The translations under genes were made by a program, and so were the position numbers. The notes below the pieces were generated by a model that was not told the DNA's origin, searched no databases, and saw only the letters and a program-made list of their open reading frames with translations. A stretch of 63,088 bases of DNA, counting the filler, from Choristocarpus tenellus KU-1152 (Eukaryota > Protista > Phaeophyceae): assembly GCA_964200185.2 (NCBI GenBank). It is 12 parts of 12 records of this genome, joined end to end, with 100 filler letters (N's around TTAATTAATTAA, not from the genome) between each part and the next. Parts side by side here need not be neighbours in the genome. Positions count along the whole stretch, not along the records: positions 13,117 to 26,098 come from CAXNAD020001620.1; positions 26,199 to 28,873 come from CAXNAD020025741.1; 10 more parts are not named here. The stretch is one strand, 5' to 3'. Shown here piece after piece: positions 13,290-27,005 of this stretch (the first letter of the stretch is position 1; each line of letters opens with the position of its first letter).

Positions 13290-14308
13290 CTATGACATTT
13301 CCTTGTTGAGCGCCGGAAATGAGTGTTGTCCGTTCTTCCTGGATGGGTGATATTTTATCATCAAGGCGCAAGGTTGAGGGAGGACAGGCTTGCGTTGATC
13401 GAGAATTGTGTTGATTTCTTGAATGAATGCAGCCCAGGAGAAAGCCTTAATCAACTTTATACGTCCAACCCTAAGTCCAGGAACAAACGTGAATGTACAG
13501 CATCTTGCAAGAAATGGGAGACACCAAACCATCGGTGTGCAAATAGCCTCAATCTCACCTCCTCTTCTTTCCTGGCGTCCTCTTCGATGGCTACCTCCTC
13601 CAGCTTCGCGACCTCTTCTAAGTAAAGGATTTGGTGGAATCGAAAAGTCTCTACAGCTGCCTTTGTTTCAATATCTTTCGCCTCCGCCTTGCGAGTCCTT
13701 TCGATCTTCTTTCAGACTTCAGAGCCCTTGTAGCTTAACCCTAACATCTTCTTTCTCGTTTCCTTAAGTCACTCCGGCTCGCATAGCTTCCAAGCAGCCA
13801 CCGCCTGCTGCAACTGTCCACTGCTAAGATATTCTACACCCAGATTTTGGCTTAGGCGTTTCCTGAGCGCAATCACACGCAGTCGCACTGCTCTCCTCCC
13901 CAACCTTCCCTTCGAGCGGCCCTTCTGGTTCTCCCTTCTTCGCCCGCTGTGACCAGGCTTTCCCACAGACTTCGTTGCTGTACCACCTGGTGATGGACTC
14001 ACCGCTCTCTTCCAAGGCAGCAGATACTGCAGAGCAGTGCTCCGCAGTGGTTGAAGATCGAAAGATTTTTGTGTGGTAATGCTTTCCATGCATCTTCTCT
14101 CGGCGTCAGTGTCGCGGCCGCATGATCCATTGCTCAATTTGATCATGCTGCTGCACCACACTACTTGCACTTTCTCGTCACCTAAAACCGCACCGAGTGT
14201 CATACGGTACTTGCTTTTCTGTCGCCTCTCGATAGAGAAGGTGCCAAGGGTAGATTCAGGGGGCAGAGTGGCCTCGGCGGCTCTCTTTGTCTCACTGTCG
14301 TGGTTCAT
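13290..14308 (-). CDS. Hypothetical spliced protein with a charged, coiled-coil-like segment
   Basis: CpG-rich 179-aa ORF 14308-13769, then an exon-like segment KIERTRKAEAKDIETK...EEDARKEEE ending at GTGAG. No family recognised. Confidence 0.35.
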
Positions 14309-14421
14309 GTTTCTGTGTGGGTCACGTCTGTGCGTGCTTACAGCCTGTCTTCAAAATGGCTAGCTGCAAATATATATTTTTTCAGTATGGCCACACGGGC
14401 AGCGACCTAGCCCACATCAGG

Positions 14422-14444
14422 TTTTGGCGGGAAGTTCAGCCAAT
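14422..14444. promoter_or_regulatory. Candidate promoter elements: E2F-like site plus CCAAT box
   Basis: TTTTGGCGGGAA (14422-14433) and CCAAT (14440-14444) in a CpG-rich patch about 120 bp upstream of the minus-strand ATG at 14308. Motif match only. Confidence 0.25.
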
Positions 14445-15398
14445 CACTTCATTTTTGTCCGTTCTGAAGTCGTGATCTTCAAAATTGCGACAGAGATTTT
14501 CTGCGGCGTTTTTTCCATTGTTTGATCGGGATATGACTCCCGTTTCCCGAAGTTAGGACATTCATAGATACAAACCTTCAGAAACTCTTGTTGTAAGCTT
14601 TTTATTTGATAAATAGATAGTTGTGTAAATGTTGTGGCGATACGTTGAACAAAACCAAGATTGCTACAGAGGGCGAATCTACTGGTACCACCTTCAACAT
14701 TCCACTATTTCCACTATATACTACTACTGATGTTTTTCCTACTCCAGTCCCCCAACCATTCTTTTCTTTAATTCGAGTCCAAATGCAAAAATCCTCAAAG
14801 CGGTGACAGTCTATTTCGCTGGACTTCAGCTCACCACGGCTATAACTAAGTGTAATCCACACACATATCTACGAAACACATCTTCAATCCCCCGCATATA
14901 AGCAAGTTACCCAAAAATCACGATATGTTAAATTGGACCGTATATACCTGACTAATTTCTCTTAATCACATTTTTTTTTTGACTAGTGTTGAGCCATAGA
15001 GTGTCTCGAAATTTTGAGGACGGCTGATCAAGGCAGGCCTGTGTTATTCTTGAAATGAAGTTCTGGAGTGCAACAGAAAATGGATGAACTCTCTCACTAT
15101 GGTAGAGGTTGATGAGTGTATTCTTCGTGATTTACTCTATTGTTGGGCATGGTTCGAAATCTGCCCTTTTATGCTGCAAGGTTTATACTACGTAGTGCAA
15201 AAACATTAGGAAGGCGGAGGGTGCAATGTGATGTTCGTTGGAGGAGTAAGGACAGTAGTGGTTGTGTGTAGGGTCTGTAGAGTTTGATGTTTGAGCACGA
15301 TGAATTTACATGGGTATGTAGTGCAAGGATGGGTGGGTGTATCTACTTTTTATGTCTGAAGATGGCAGAAATAATACAAAATTACAGTCTAGTAGTAT

Positions 15399-15430
<32 letters not shown>

Positions 15431-17256
15431 TTTTGCTGGGGAAGGAGAGATGAGGGAGGACGGATCTAAAAAGGAATAAATTTGTGCAGTGTTGCAGGCA
15501 GTTTCATGCCAACTGCAATCGCATGGTTAGTGGGAATGCCTTTCTTTGCCCTGTGGGCCACCTGTGGAATTGCTATTAAGCACATAAAATAAACTCTCTC
15601 AATAAGTTCTGCCCCAAGCTCACCTCCCTCTGTCTTTGTGGAAATGAGGACACGGGACCTTCTGTGTTGGGATATCTTCCATATACCCTGTAGCTGAGCA
15701 ATTCTGCATGTATGCACGCACGTCTTCATCCGTTCATCCCGTGTCAGGTTCATCACAACATTAGGAAGCTCTGGTGCATTGCTTCTATCAATCATCGACG
15801 CTACGTGTAGGATAATTTTGACCTTACAGGGTTTATTCAAATATGACTGGGAACAAATTCCTGGTGGCCAATTACCTCATCTCAAGGCATGTTGAGCAAC
15901 GTGCAAATGGGCAAAAAACTACTGTCACGGGGAGTTATCTAACAAGAGGGAGGGGTAGAGAGGGAAGAATCGAAATATCGCGGACAACATAATCTCCTAA
16001 AGTCTATCATTGCTGTGCTGAGAATTGGAGGGATAGTAAACGAATCACTACAATTCGAATATCGATTGATCCAAACCTAATTTTGCGATGTATTTTTACA
16101 TTGTTGGTTATATTCTTTGTGAGAATGCGGTATTTTCGTCGCGGAGCTCATCGTTTTGTGCAGCCTACTGTTCTACTCCGCATTATATGTTTTGGGTCTG
16201 TTGACGCTTCCTCCCACACAAGCAAAGCAGAAATGAAAGCGGTGAAGACGGGAAGAGGAGAGACATGTCACTTTAGGGGCATTCAGTCCTCCCTGGCCTC
16301 AAGAACCTTCGTATTATTATCTGGATTTGAGATACCATTTGCTGGGCAACATTCTCTCTACTCGAGCAGTAAGGTAAATATATTCAAGTATCTATATTAG
16401 ACCCCACCAAAACATGAGGATTCCAGCAGCAGCTAGCGCTCTAGCTGTATGTACAATATGAGAAAAGGACGATACTGCATAGGGGGGGCTAGTTTTGTGC
16501 AACTTGTATCAAATTCTCCAGGGAAAAGTTACTCTGTTGTACCCCTGTCCATCAAATGTGGCCACTGATGATGATGTGGTACATTAGACTACTGGTTGAG
16601 AATTGACTGGAGCTTTTATTGCAAATGCATCATTATAGTACTACTTAGTTGCTATGTTCTTCCGTTGTGAACAAAATATTCTGAAGACTATTTGTACGAT
16701 TGATCACCTAATGTCGATCCATTGTGTTGGGAGAGAGTAATAATTTGAAGGAATAAAGTTAGGTATCGAAACAAAAGTAAAATATTTATTTGTGCCAGTA
16801 CCACTTTGTGTTAACACATCCACATTCATCTGGATGTAACTTTCACACTTATTCAAGCAGATCATGTGAGACTTTGATCTCATTGTTCTTTTAAGCAGTA
16901 TTCTCACCATCGGCAAAACATCTGTAATACTAACCTGACCCATATGCAAAATTCATCGACACAGATTGATATACTAAGGGTAAAAGCACAGAATCTGCCA
17001 CACCATGCTACAAATGTCTCTAGAAAGAAGTCCTTTGAACACTCACCCTAACACAGGCATAATTTGTAGAAGAAGAAAAAGCAGTGTATTAAGGTTATAA
17101 TATTAGGTTAGAACCTGTGCTCTCATTCTGCGCACCAGGAACGGCCTGGACATAAAGGACAACTTTTTATCATAGGCAGCTAGTCTGAAGTTGTCACCTG
17201 TCACTTAAGCAGTTCATTTTCAATTTCAACAGTCATACATGTAAGATCAATATTGT

Positions 17257-17516
17257 GAGTGAAAGTATCTTAGAGGGTACAAGTTTTGCCCTGTTTGTCC
17301 ATTTGGGGCTTGGCTTCCTATGGGGTTTTTGTGATATTTTTCCTACTCCAAAATGTTTCGGAGTAGGTAGTATGTTTATGTTATGAAATGGTGTGTCCGG
17401 AACAAGGATACTGACACTTCCTAACAAATACGACGGATAAAATTACATGGAAATCGCAACATTGGATTTCGGCCCCCGAATGGACGCGGCCCTACCCTCT
17501 AAGATACTTTTAACTC
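17257..17516 (+). mobile_element. MITE family A, full copy
   Basis: GAGTGAAAGTATCTTAGAGGGTA...TACCCTCTAAGATACTTTTAACTC; 4-bp TSD TTGT/TTGT. Confidence 0.9.
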
Positions 17517-19558
17517 TTGTGGAACTAACCCTAAACTAAGCACCCAAATCTGCTCTCTGGCCATGTACACCACAAAATCACCTGCACCAACTATTAAAAC
17601 TTGAGCACATTGTGAATCAAGGTACTTTTGTAGAAGATGGTCGCAACTCTTTAGATGCCCACCATGTGATCACCCTCTGCCATACATGGTCTAAGCTTCT
17701 TCAGCAAATCTAAATTTTTACTCCACTTGCCTTAGTTCAGCTAAGTCACCCTTGGACAATGGGCTATCCTACTTCTGGTACAGTTCTGAAATTAGACAAT
17801 ACTGCACTTGCTAAATTACATACCATGCTGCCTACAGCACCACCACTCTATTCTTCATTGAGGTGTTTGAGTCTGGGCCTACACGTACTGTTGAGGGTGG
17901 ACTATAGGAGGCGATACAGGCACTTCCTGTATCCCGGAGCTCCATGACAACGTAAAAGACATGTGGAAAGAGTGTCCCATAGTTACACAACCTCAGGTAA
18001 TCTTTTGCATTGTCATGACGGGCTGGAGTAAAGATACTGCCAGATTCACCATTGAAATGCAACACATAGACCTGGATGGTACAGAACAACAAAAAAGTAC
18101 CAAGTGTGAAATGGGGCAGGAAGGTGAATAGTGATTTTACTGTAGCCAGAGGAAATTCCAGACACCATTTTGAAAGTGAAAAGGGGAAACTTGTGTTGCG
18201 CAGTTCGGATGTACCCAATCTAAAAAAGAGCTCAGATACAATTTGACAGACATGATGGATGTATTGTGTATCAGAAGGTCGAACAGTCACCTCCCCTTCT
18301 CCTACAACCACTTCGCTTTCTGTTTTACGTTCCCAAATCTACCTCTCACCTCCCACGCAACCATTTGCAATCTTGGTAGGTGCTCTATCAGTCCTCTCGA
18401 ATACAAATAGCAGGCATGATTGAGACAGAAAGCATGGCATTAGATACGCTACATTGCTAGTGTATGGTGTTCTCGAGACGCACTTGATCCGACATCTTGA
18501 CCCAAAGCCACCACCCTCGGTTTTTGTAAACTGATGGGGGAATGAAGTTGGCCTAGAATGGAAGGCCAGGGAGACAGGGGAGTCACTTAAATAAGTGTAC
18601 CAAAGCATTTCGTATTCATTTTATGCGCAATGCACCGTACTATCCAGAAAGGAGAATTAGAGGAGGTAGCGGTGCGCGAAATGCCATCAAGCTTGGTGTG
18701 ATATCGTCACTGATGTATCTGACAATGTAGATAATATATTTAGCATCACCTGGCACAATAGTGGCGCGCACCACTCACTCATTTAACGAACAAAATTCTT
18801 ACATGCTTTATCCTATCCAACCGAATGCCCTGTAACGGTAGAGACATCTCATTACAATGTTCCTGTCTTCAGTCTGAACACAGATGCATCTACAATGGTC
18901 ATATGATTTAGGTAACTCTCAGAAGATCATGTACATCCGTCACGTCATCAAAACTCTCCACTTTGCAGCGGGGATTGATACAGTCCGCCCGACGTGTGCT
19001 TCCTCACTGAGCTTGAACAAATGCCACATTGCTAACTGTCTATATTAGGGAAAGTCCTACATGTCTCACTCACACAGCATCCCTTCCAATGTTAAGATGA
19101 AGGCAAGTTTCGAAACATTAAATTGAGCTGTATGAACCACACATTGGGTTATGCATCGTCGAAATAAAAGCTGCTTCCACCTCGAAATATGATCAGATCA
19201 GTGATGAATCACTTTCAACACTAACCTGTGATGATACCCAATGACGTTCTATTTTTCCGAGCTCAATCATGGCATCTACCGAAGCTGGATATTTTTACTT
19301 GAAAGGTTCCGTATGTTCACAATTCTCTCAGATGCGCATTTCATCCTTGGGTTAACTACGTTTTGAAGGGCAGGTTGGAATGATGTGAGGGGTGGGTGTG
19401 AAGTGTGAAACAATGATGTGATTTGTAGAAGAACCAACTACCTCACATTTAGGTTTCAACACCGAGGGAAGGCTATCTTTCATCTATCCCAAATTGAACA
19501 ACCCACCCCAACAACCCCTTTCAATATTCGTAGGTAGGTACCTGATCCCGCTTGAGAC

Positions 19559-19881
19559 ATGGATGAAGACGGGCTTCAGGAACTCCTGGGGCTGATGCCT
19601 GGAGATTTCGAAGGAGTAGCTGATGCAAAGAGCGATGATGATGACGCCGTCGATGTCTTGCTAATAAGAAGTGCAAATGAGACAGCTTCTGGAGTCCAAG
19701 GACAATACGACGATGAACAGAGAGAGGCTTACGATTTTCCAGCAGGACTTCAGTCGGAATTTCGAGTGGGAAATGCCCTGTTGATTGAACCAGGGGGGAA
19801 TAACCATCTCGCGCAGGCAAGGTGGCAAAGACAACCATATGTGTTCGACCTGTTTGAGAACATCGTCTTTTCGAAATTATG
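19559..19881 (+). CDS. Acidic exon-like ORF upstream of TTC27 (possible first exon)
   Basis: MDEDGLQELLGL...FSKL ending at a GTAAGT donor. Joining to the next exon in frame was not resolved. Confidence 0.4.
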
Positions 19882-20036
19882 GTAAGTTGAAACACCTTGA
19901 CTTGATGCTTGTAGCCTTTGTCTTTTTGTGATTCCCTCGATTGTCAATACCTAACCAAGTTAAATGTTTTTCCCACCCCTTATCATGAACCCTGATGTGG
20001 TGAATCCAGAGAGTCAAGCACGAAGAGGCGAGCATC

Positions 20037-23000
20037 TTGTCAATAGATGCCTTGCCAGATGCACCCATTCCCGAGCATACCACTTCAGACCGCATGCTCT
20101 CACTCCTGTACAAACTGGAGCGATGCTGTATGGAGACTGATGCATGTGGCTTGGAGGCTACTGCAGCCTCCATTTCTGCCAAGGCTGCGCTGTCCCCTGC
20201 ATTATCTAAAGATGCACACAGTGCTTGCATCGCCGCTCGCAGGCTCTGCAACGGGGAGTTCGAGGAGCTTCTTCGAGAGACGGAGCTATTCACTACGATA
20301 ATCCCCGTTACATCAGTGACTAAGATAACCACTTCACCGGTAGACGATACAGCCGGGACGATCTTCAAGGATCTCCAAACAAGGGTTGCGATATACATAG
20401 CTGGAGAGTCTGATGACGAGAACAATCAGGAGCTGCTAAGGCAGATGCAGGGGAATAAGGGTGGAGGTGAGGGAGCCAATGTCAATGAAACGACAAGAGA
20501 TGACCGAACCCCCTCCATCTGGCGTGCAGCAGAGACTCTATGGGTAGGTGCTGCAGCGCTCAACCTTTTCCTCCAACAGAATTACACTGGCCCAGAGTTG
20601 GGTGAGGAGGAAACGGAGGACCTGGAGGAATGGTTGTCGGGGAAACTAGGCGTACCGGCCACTGCCATGATCACTCCCACCCCTTCCACCGCCCATGCGA
20701 CAGAATATGCTGCAGGAGATGAGGCCACTCCAACCTTAACTGCTCCAGCATGTGTGGAAGGTAGGGCAAAACGAGCTATAACTGCACGTGACCTCGCTAA
20801 CGTGACAATGGCCTGTGATGGGGAGTTGCCATATCCACACAGTGGCTTGGTGTTGGCACTACTTGTGGCAAGAGTAATCCTCTCAGCCCTAGTGCCCTCG
20901 TTCTGGAATGAACATGCCTCCACTCTGACATCTTCTGATCCATTGTGGGGGTCCCAGGGTTTGATGACAGGAGGTGCTTTTGAAGGGGCAGCAAGAGCAG
21001 CAGTGGTAAAGCTGAGTTCTGCTGAGTGGTGGTCGGGCAGGAGTGTAGTTGCACATGCACGCCTCCTACTTTCTGCTGATAGGGTACCGACACTGTGGGA
21101 TGAGGCTAAGGAAAGGTTCAGGAGTGCTGTTGGAAAGTTTGGAGGCGGGGGTGAAGGGGACAGGGGGCAGGCAGAGGAGGCTGCGTTTGCTCGGCGCTTG
21201 GCTGCAAGGGTGTGGCTTGAGTGGGGCCTGGCCCAGCACTACTTCCAGGTGTGTTGGGACTGTCCGGAATATCTTGCACCCCCTAGTTTGTGGTATCATT
21301 TTTTGTCCAAATTTGATCCTGGTCACTCAACTATTATGCAGGTGATTATGATGGGGTTACGATGGGCAAATGCAATGCATTGTGTGACATGTTGAAGCAG
21401 AAATCAGCTGCCTTGATTGCTTACCAAAATGGGGGTAGGTTAAGAAGTCAAACTTCGCAAGGTGATACCTTTTCATCCCTAACCCTAATATTTTTGCGCC
21501 CGCTTAGGACCCCTCAAAGGGCAAGGCAAGCTTCCAACGTGCTAAGGAAGCCTCTGGACTGACTGCTCGCCTAACAGGGGCAATGGGGAAGCGCACAAAG
21601 TACCAGCAGAAGCAAGTTGCCCAGCTAGTGCTGGAGGCTAAGTCCGCCTTCCCAAAACCCGCTCCAGGAGCAGAGGTTGCCAAGGAAGAGGAAATTGCTT
21701 CGAAGGGGGAGAAGAAGCAAGACTCAGAAGCACACCCTGTGTTTGAAATGAAGGCCGGTGTTGCGAGCGCCAAGCCAGAGTTGGGAAAGAGCACGGCGAC
21801 AGGTGCCGGGGGGGGGGGTTGGGGGAGTTCCGAAGAGAAGGCGGCGCTTCGGCAGGTCCACCATGGGGAGGATAGTGTACTGTTGGAGCAGGTTGAGTTT
21901 GTGGACAGCGCATTGGAGCAGCCTGATCAATTGGAGGTAGGTGGCTCAATCCCTTACTTTTTTTTTACTCTGCAATATTCAGGAGGTTTGTTAGAGAGAT
22001 TTTCACTGGATGTTTTTGTGGTTGACTGCTTCGAACGAACCTTGTGCATAATTGTCATTGATCTTGTGTTGCGGTTGAATAAGTAGGCGTTTTCGTTGTA
22101 TTATGTTACACGTTTTGAAATATATCATTTATTATTATTATTATTATTGATATTATTATTATTTCACGACCAATGTACAAATTCTGCTTTGCTCTTGTGG
22201 TAAGAGGTTGGAAATTGTGTGGCTAATCTCTGATAAATGCCATTATAGGTCAGTTTTTGAGCCGTGTACCATCTTTAGAGCGTGCACTACAATTCACTTT
22301 ATATTTGTCGCAGGCACTACTACCACTGTACTGAAGTATTGTTACTACCATGCTACTATAAAGAAAAACGTTTTTTTTAATTTTTATTGCGGAACTTCAA
22401 CCACTGTGTCCATCGCACCAAAGGGGCTGTACTACAGTGAATTACTACAGCACTGTGCTGTACAGATACCTCTGTGATACGTCTTGTCACTTCAAATCAT
22501 ATCAGCCTGGATGGCATATTGATGCAACGTTATTGGTCTACCTTAGGTCCAAGGGGGTGGGCTCACTCACAGTTTGAAACATAAGAAGTACCCCTTCCCA
22601 CCCCCTGCCCCCTAACCCTCCACCAACACCAACACCACCAACACCACTGCCTGGGCACATCAGGGGGTCAGTAGTAAATATCTCATTGTCTTAAACCATG
22701 TGCAGCCCACTCTTCCCTTGAGCGAGGACGCCTCTTGGTTTGTTTTTGAAAATCAGGTCCCCACCTCTCCCCGTTGGGTTCATGGACGGCACTTCTGAGG
22801 GGATTTTAAAATAGAACTTTTATGGCCTCTCCTGCTTGTTCCAGGTTCTCACCCGCTTCCTCCCTCACGGGAGGTAAACCTTTTGGAATATGTGGGATAC
22901 TGTAGAACAACTTCAGGGGGGTGGGGGGGGGGTGGGGGGGGAGGAACTGTTGTGTTTGTGGCACTTGTCATTGTGTTTCTAAGAGTCAACACTGTGTTAT

Positions 23001-23313
23001 TTATACTAGTGCTGTTGTACTCTTTGTACTACTACTGTCAATTACACTGCAGGGTCAGTGGAAGAGCTCAGACCATACCGTTCGTTCCTTGGTGTTATCC
23101 CATGATGAGTTGGAAGTTGTGCAAGATGAGATGCAATTGTACGGCGAGAGGCCGATCTGATGTTACATTCAACCCAACTAAACCCTGGTAGTGGTTGTTT
23201 TTTAGTACCCTGAAGTGTATTTGCGATTGCAGAGCCCGAAGTGTGTATGTATGTACAGCAGTGTTAATAGTGGTCATTAGTCCAACCTCAAAATGGAAAC
23301 TGATAAGTTGTTG

Positions 23314-23363
<50 letters not shown>

Positions 23364-24829
23364 TTCCTTTCTTTTTTGATCTTTTCTTTTCTTTCTTTTT
23401 TTGTTTTCTTTTTTCTTTATTCGTTTNNNNNNNNNNTTGGTTTTTTTTTTAAAGAAAATTGATTTGTGTTATTTAGCCCACCCCCAAAAAGAAAAAGTAA
23501 AAGTTGTTGTCCCCCCCCCCCCCCCCCCCCCCTCTGAAATTCCTTGTTTATTTTTTCTTAAATCACCTTTCGGACCTCACTGCTTGTGCTTATTCCTATG
23601 GAAACTATTTGTGGACTGTACCCCGCCATAGGCAAATAGAAAACCCTCTTTAAACAGATCTTTTCTCCTATTTGCTCATCACTGTTTGCTCACACTGTAC
23701 ATCTTGGAATCGCTCACACACCTTGATGATGATCACACTTGTTTTGATCCCTCCTGCAACCATATCTATTGTGCTCCTCTCACCGCATTCCCCCCCCTCC
23801 CAGCCCCCCAGGACTTCCCACTGCACCCACCCTGCCCTGCTTTGCGATAGAGCTTGACATTCACCCCTGATGTGGCCTCCCCTCCCCCGGCCAAATTAGG
23901 ACATCGACTTGGCAATAATTTTGGGTTTGTGTCTAGATGTGAGCAACTCAAACCCCATCGATGGCTTGACCAATGAGGAGATGTCACCCTACATAAACAG
24001 GGTGTTACGGCAGCCTGGATGCAACTGGATGGTGAGGGGTTAGTGCTACAATAACAATAGGCCAGAGAGAGAGAGGAGTTGTGGTCCTCTCTTGCTTTCA
24101 TGGGATTCCATGCGTTAATTTTTTTTTGTGTCTTTTCGCCTCATCTTTTCTACATGCCTATGTATTTATTGTATATATATGGTTGTTTGAATGAAGTCTG
24201 CAATATTTATGGTATGGTACATTTTGTACCGTCTCTCATCTAACACTTAACTCTTTTGACTCTGATAGTCTACTCTCATAGCGTTTTTCATTGTGTTCAG
24301 GGGAGGATGCACACCAGGTACAACCAAAGTGTTCTTTTTTCTTGTGGTGTGGTGTGGTGTGTGTTGTTATCCCCTTTTTATTTCCAGTGTCATACCGCCA
24401 TGGTTCTTATTTTGTCATACTGCCACGGTTCTTTAGTGATACTGGCGTGGTTCTTACTTCGAGGTACTGTTTTGGTTCTTTAGTGGTACTGGTGTGGTTC
24501 TTATTTTTAAGGTACTGTTTTGGTTCTTTTGTGGTACTGGCGTGGTTCTTATTTTAAGGTACTGCTTTGGTTCTTTAGTGGTACTGGCGTGGTTCTTATT
24601 TTAAGGTACTGTTTTGGTTCTTTAGTGGTACTGGCGTGGTTCTTATTTTGAGGTACTGTTTTGGTTCTTTAGTGGTACTGGCGTGGTTCTTATTTTGAGG
24701 TACTGTTTTGGTTCTTTAGTGGTACTGGCGTGGTTCTTACTTCGAGGTACTGCTTTGGTTCTTTAGGTGTGCTGCCGTGGTTCTTATTTTGAGGGACTGC
24801 TTCAGTTCTTATTTTGTGGTACCTCTGCC

Positions 24830-24867
<38 letters not shown>

Positions 24868-25449
24868 TGTGAGTTATGCTTCTCTTTCTCACTACGGGTT
24901 CAGTATTCAACCGGTGTTATCTCTATTATAGTGGTGGATCTTCACGCTGAGACTCTTATCTTACTTTCCTGATTTCAATTTTTGAAACAATGACACACGT
25001 CATGCCAAAAAAAGGACAGGGACAATGCCTTAGGCCACATTCCTCTTTGTTGTTGTTATGTGTTAGGGTAAAGGCTATTAGTGTTTGAGGTTCTTTTCTT
25101 CTTCCTGAGAGCTGTGCTGTAACAGTCTCCCTTTGAATCCTTGTCCTTGCCCGGACATTCTATAACGGCACATTTTTTTAGAATATGGTGGGTTTAAAAG
25201 AATAATAATAAGAAGAATAAGAATAAGAATAATTTATTTAATTTTTTTTCTTCTGTCACCGGTGCACCCCCGACTACTTTTGTTTGTTTGTTTGTTTGTT
25301 TGTCATGACAGGTCTATAGCACAGCCCTTCTTCAGCGTGCGTGGGTTGAATTTGAGAGATCGCATGCCAGGGAGCGATCCGCTCTGCAGCTGCAGGCACT
25401 TGTGGACCAGCACACGACCAAACTCACATACACGCAGTCCACAATGGAG
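20037..25449 (+). CDS. TTC27: Tetratricopeptide repeat protein 27 (TTC27/Emw1-like), N-terminal part, spliced
   Basis: Exon ending 21248 has LNLFLQQNYTGP; exon 21508-21936 has ASGLTARLTGAMGKRTKYQQKQVAQLVL; exon 25312-25449 has VYSTALLQRAWVEFERSHARERSALQLQALVDQ. All are hallmark TTC27 motifs. The start is uncertain and an intervening exon was not found. Confidence 0.85.
24391..24821. repeat. Intronic minisatellite, ~47-bp unit, ~9 copies
   Basis: GGTACTGTTTTGGTTCTTTAGT + GGTACTGGCGTGGTTCTTATTTT(A/G)A repeated in tandem. Confidence 0.9.
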
Positions 25450-25509
25450 GTGTGTATGCTTGCCCTGATTGATGTGGGCGTTGTTCTTGGATGAGTGTTG
25501 TAAGTTCAA

Positions 25510-25553
25510 GTGTGTGTTGTGTGTGTTGTGTGTTGTGTTGTGTTGTGTGTTGT

Positions 25554-25612
<59 letters not shown>
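25510..25612. repeat. Compound (GT)n/(GA)n microsatellite
   Basis: Read directly. Other SSRs: (TAG)n ~15389-15430, (CT)n ~24833-24863, (TATG)n ~34885-34950, (CA)n ~55402-55480. Confidence 0.9.
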
Positions 25613-25616
<4 letters not shown>

Positions 25617-26432
25617 TTTAAGTGTGTGTGAGTGTGTGTCTGAAACTATGGATGGCATGCTGCTTCCCTGTGAGGTGACACCCTTCTGTGACTAAGTTTT
25701 GAGGGGTATTTTCTGCGGGTAGACCCTCTTTTAAGCTCTGTTGCCCCTTTGTGTGGAGTATGACGGGATGGATGAGATCCCCATAGTGGTACGAGGATCG
25801 GGACTGTGCTGCGATCTGAGACTGGTATGTAGTATGAAAGAAATCTGCCAGAACACACGGATCACACAACAAAAGGGATTTTAGGGTTAGGGTTTCCTTT
25901 GGCACCAAATGCCTACATGACATAGAGACGAGCACACAATGTTGTGCACAAATATACAAGGGGTAGTTTGGGAAAGCAATGCTGGAAGGCTACAAATGCA
26001 TAACGAGTAATGCATAGTATAACCCTAACCCTGAGATAGGCGCTCCAGGACGCTTGGTTTTGTTTGACCCCATGCTGCCAAGCCACTCACACACACGCNN
26101 NNNNNNNNNNNNNNNNNNNNNNNNNNNNNNNNNNNNNNNNNNTTAATTAATTAANNNNNNNNNNNNNNNNNNNNNNNNNNNNNNNNNNNNNNNNNNNNAA
26201 ATCATCATTTATCTTGTAAGGCCACCTATGTACTAATATCGTATATTGTTCGTACTTGTCAGAACTCAAGAAATAATCCTCACACTCTACGTCTGTTACA
26301 AATGTTCGTATTTCCTGAAACATAACTGAAAATGCTCGCGCTATTCGCGTGTAACAAATGCCCAAACTTTGTTGAAATACAAGAAGAAAAGCTCATGCTA
26401 TTCGCCTGTAACACAGTTACCTACAATTTATG

Positions 26433-26562
26433 CGACTATGAAAGGTGTGTCCGGAGCAAGGACACTTACTAACAAACACGATAGCCAAAATTAATCAAAT
26501 TGTAACATTGCAATTTATAACCCCGAACAGACGGGCCCCTATCCTCTCAAGCACTTTTGCTC
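26433..26562 (+). mobile_element. MITE family A, diverged 3' half
   Basis: CGACTATGAAAGGTGTGTCCGG...CCTCTCAAGCACTTTTGCTC. Confidence 0.65.
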
Positions 26563-27005
26563 TTAAGGTTGCTGACTAATATGTGCAAATTTCGACTTTT
26601 TCTACAAATGCTGTGGGGAATATTCTGACTTGTGTCGGGAAGGTTTCAATCAATAGAGAAATCAACGCTCTCAAGTCAAACTTAGTACTTCATCCATAGA
26701 AATGAGGGCAATGGCAAAAGTAAAAAAAAGTGACTCAAAATGCAAAACTACCAAAAACCTCTGGGTACCTCTTATTTACTTTGACTCATCACTTGCTGCG
26801 AACTCTGTAAGGGTCGAAAAATATGGTTTCTCAGTTAGCTGTCTGTTGTCAGTCTCTGTTGTATATTGTTGATTAGTGTACGGGATCTATGAGATGAGGA
26901 CAACTGAAGGTTAGGGTTAGGATGTTGTTCTGCTTCCCTTCACACACTGTGAGTGGAATATATGTAGTACCTGCAGATCTTTTACCTGTAGTGGTCATGC
27001 CACTC

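Noticed and set aside
15466-18608. Exon-like ORFs on the minus strand
   Set aside because: Possibly a real gene, but I could not establish a family or a consistent splice model.
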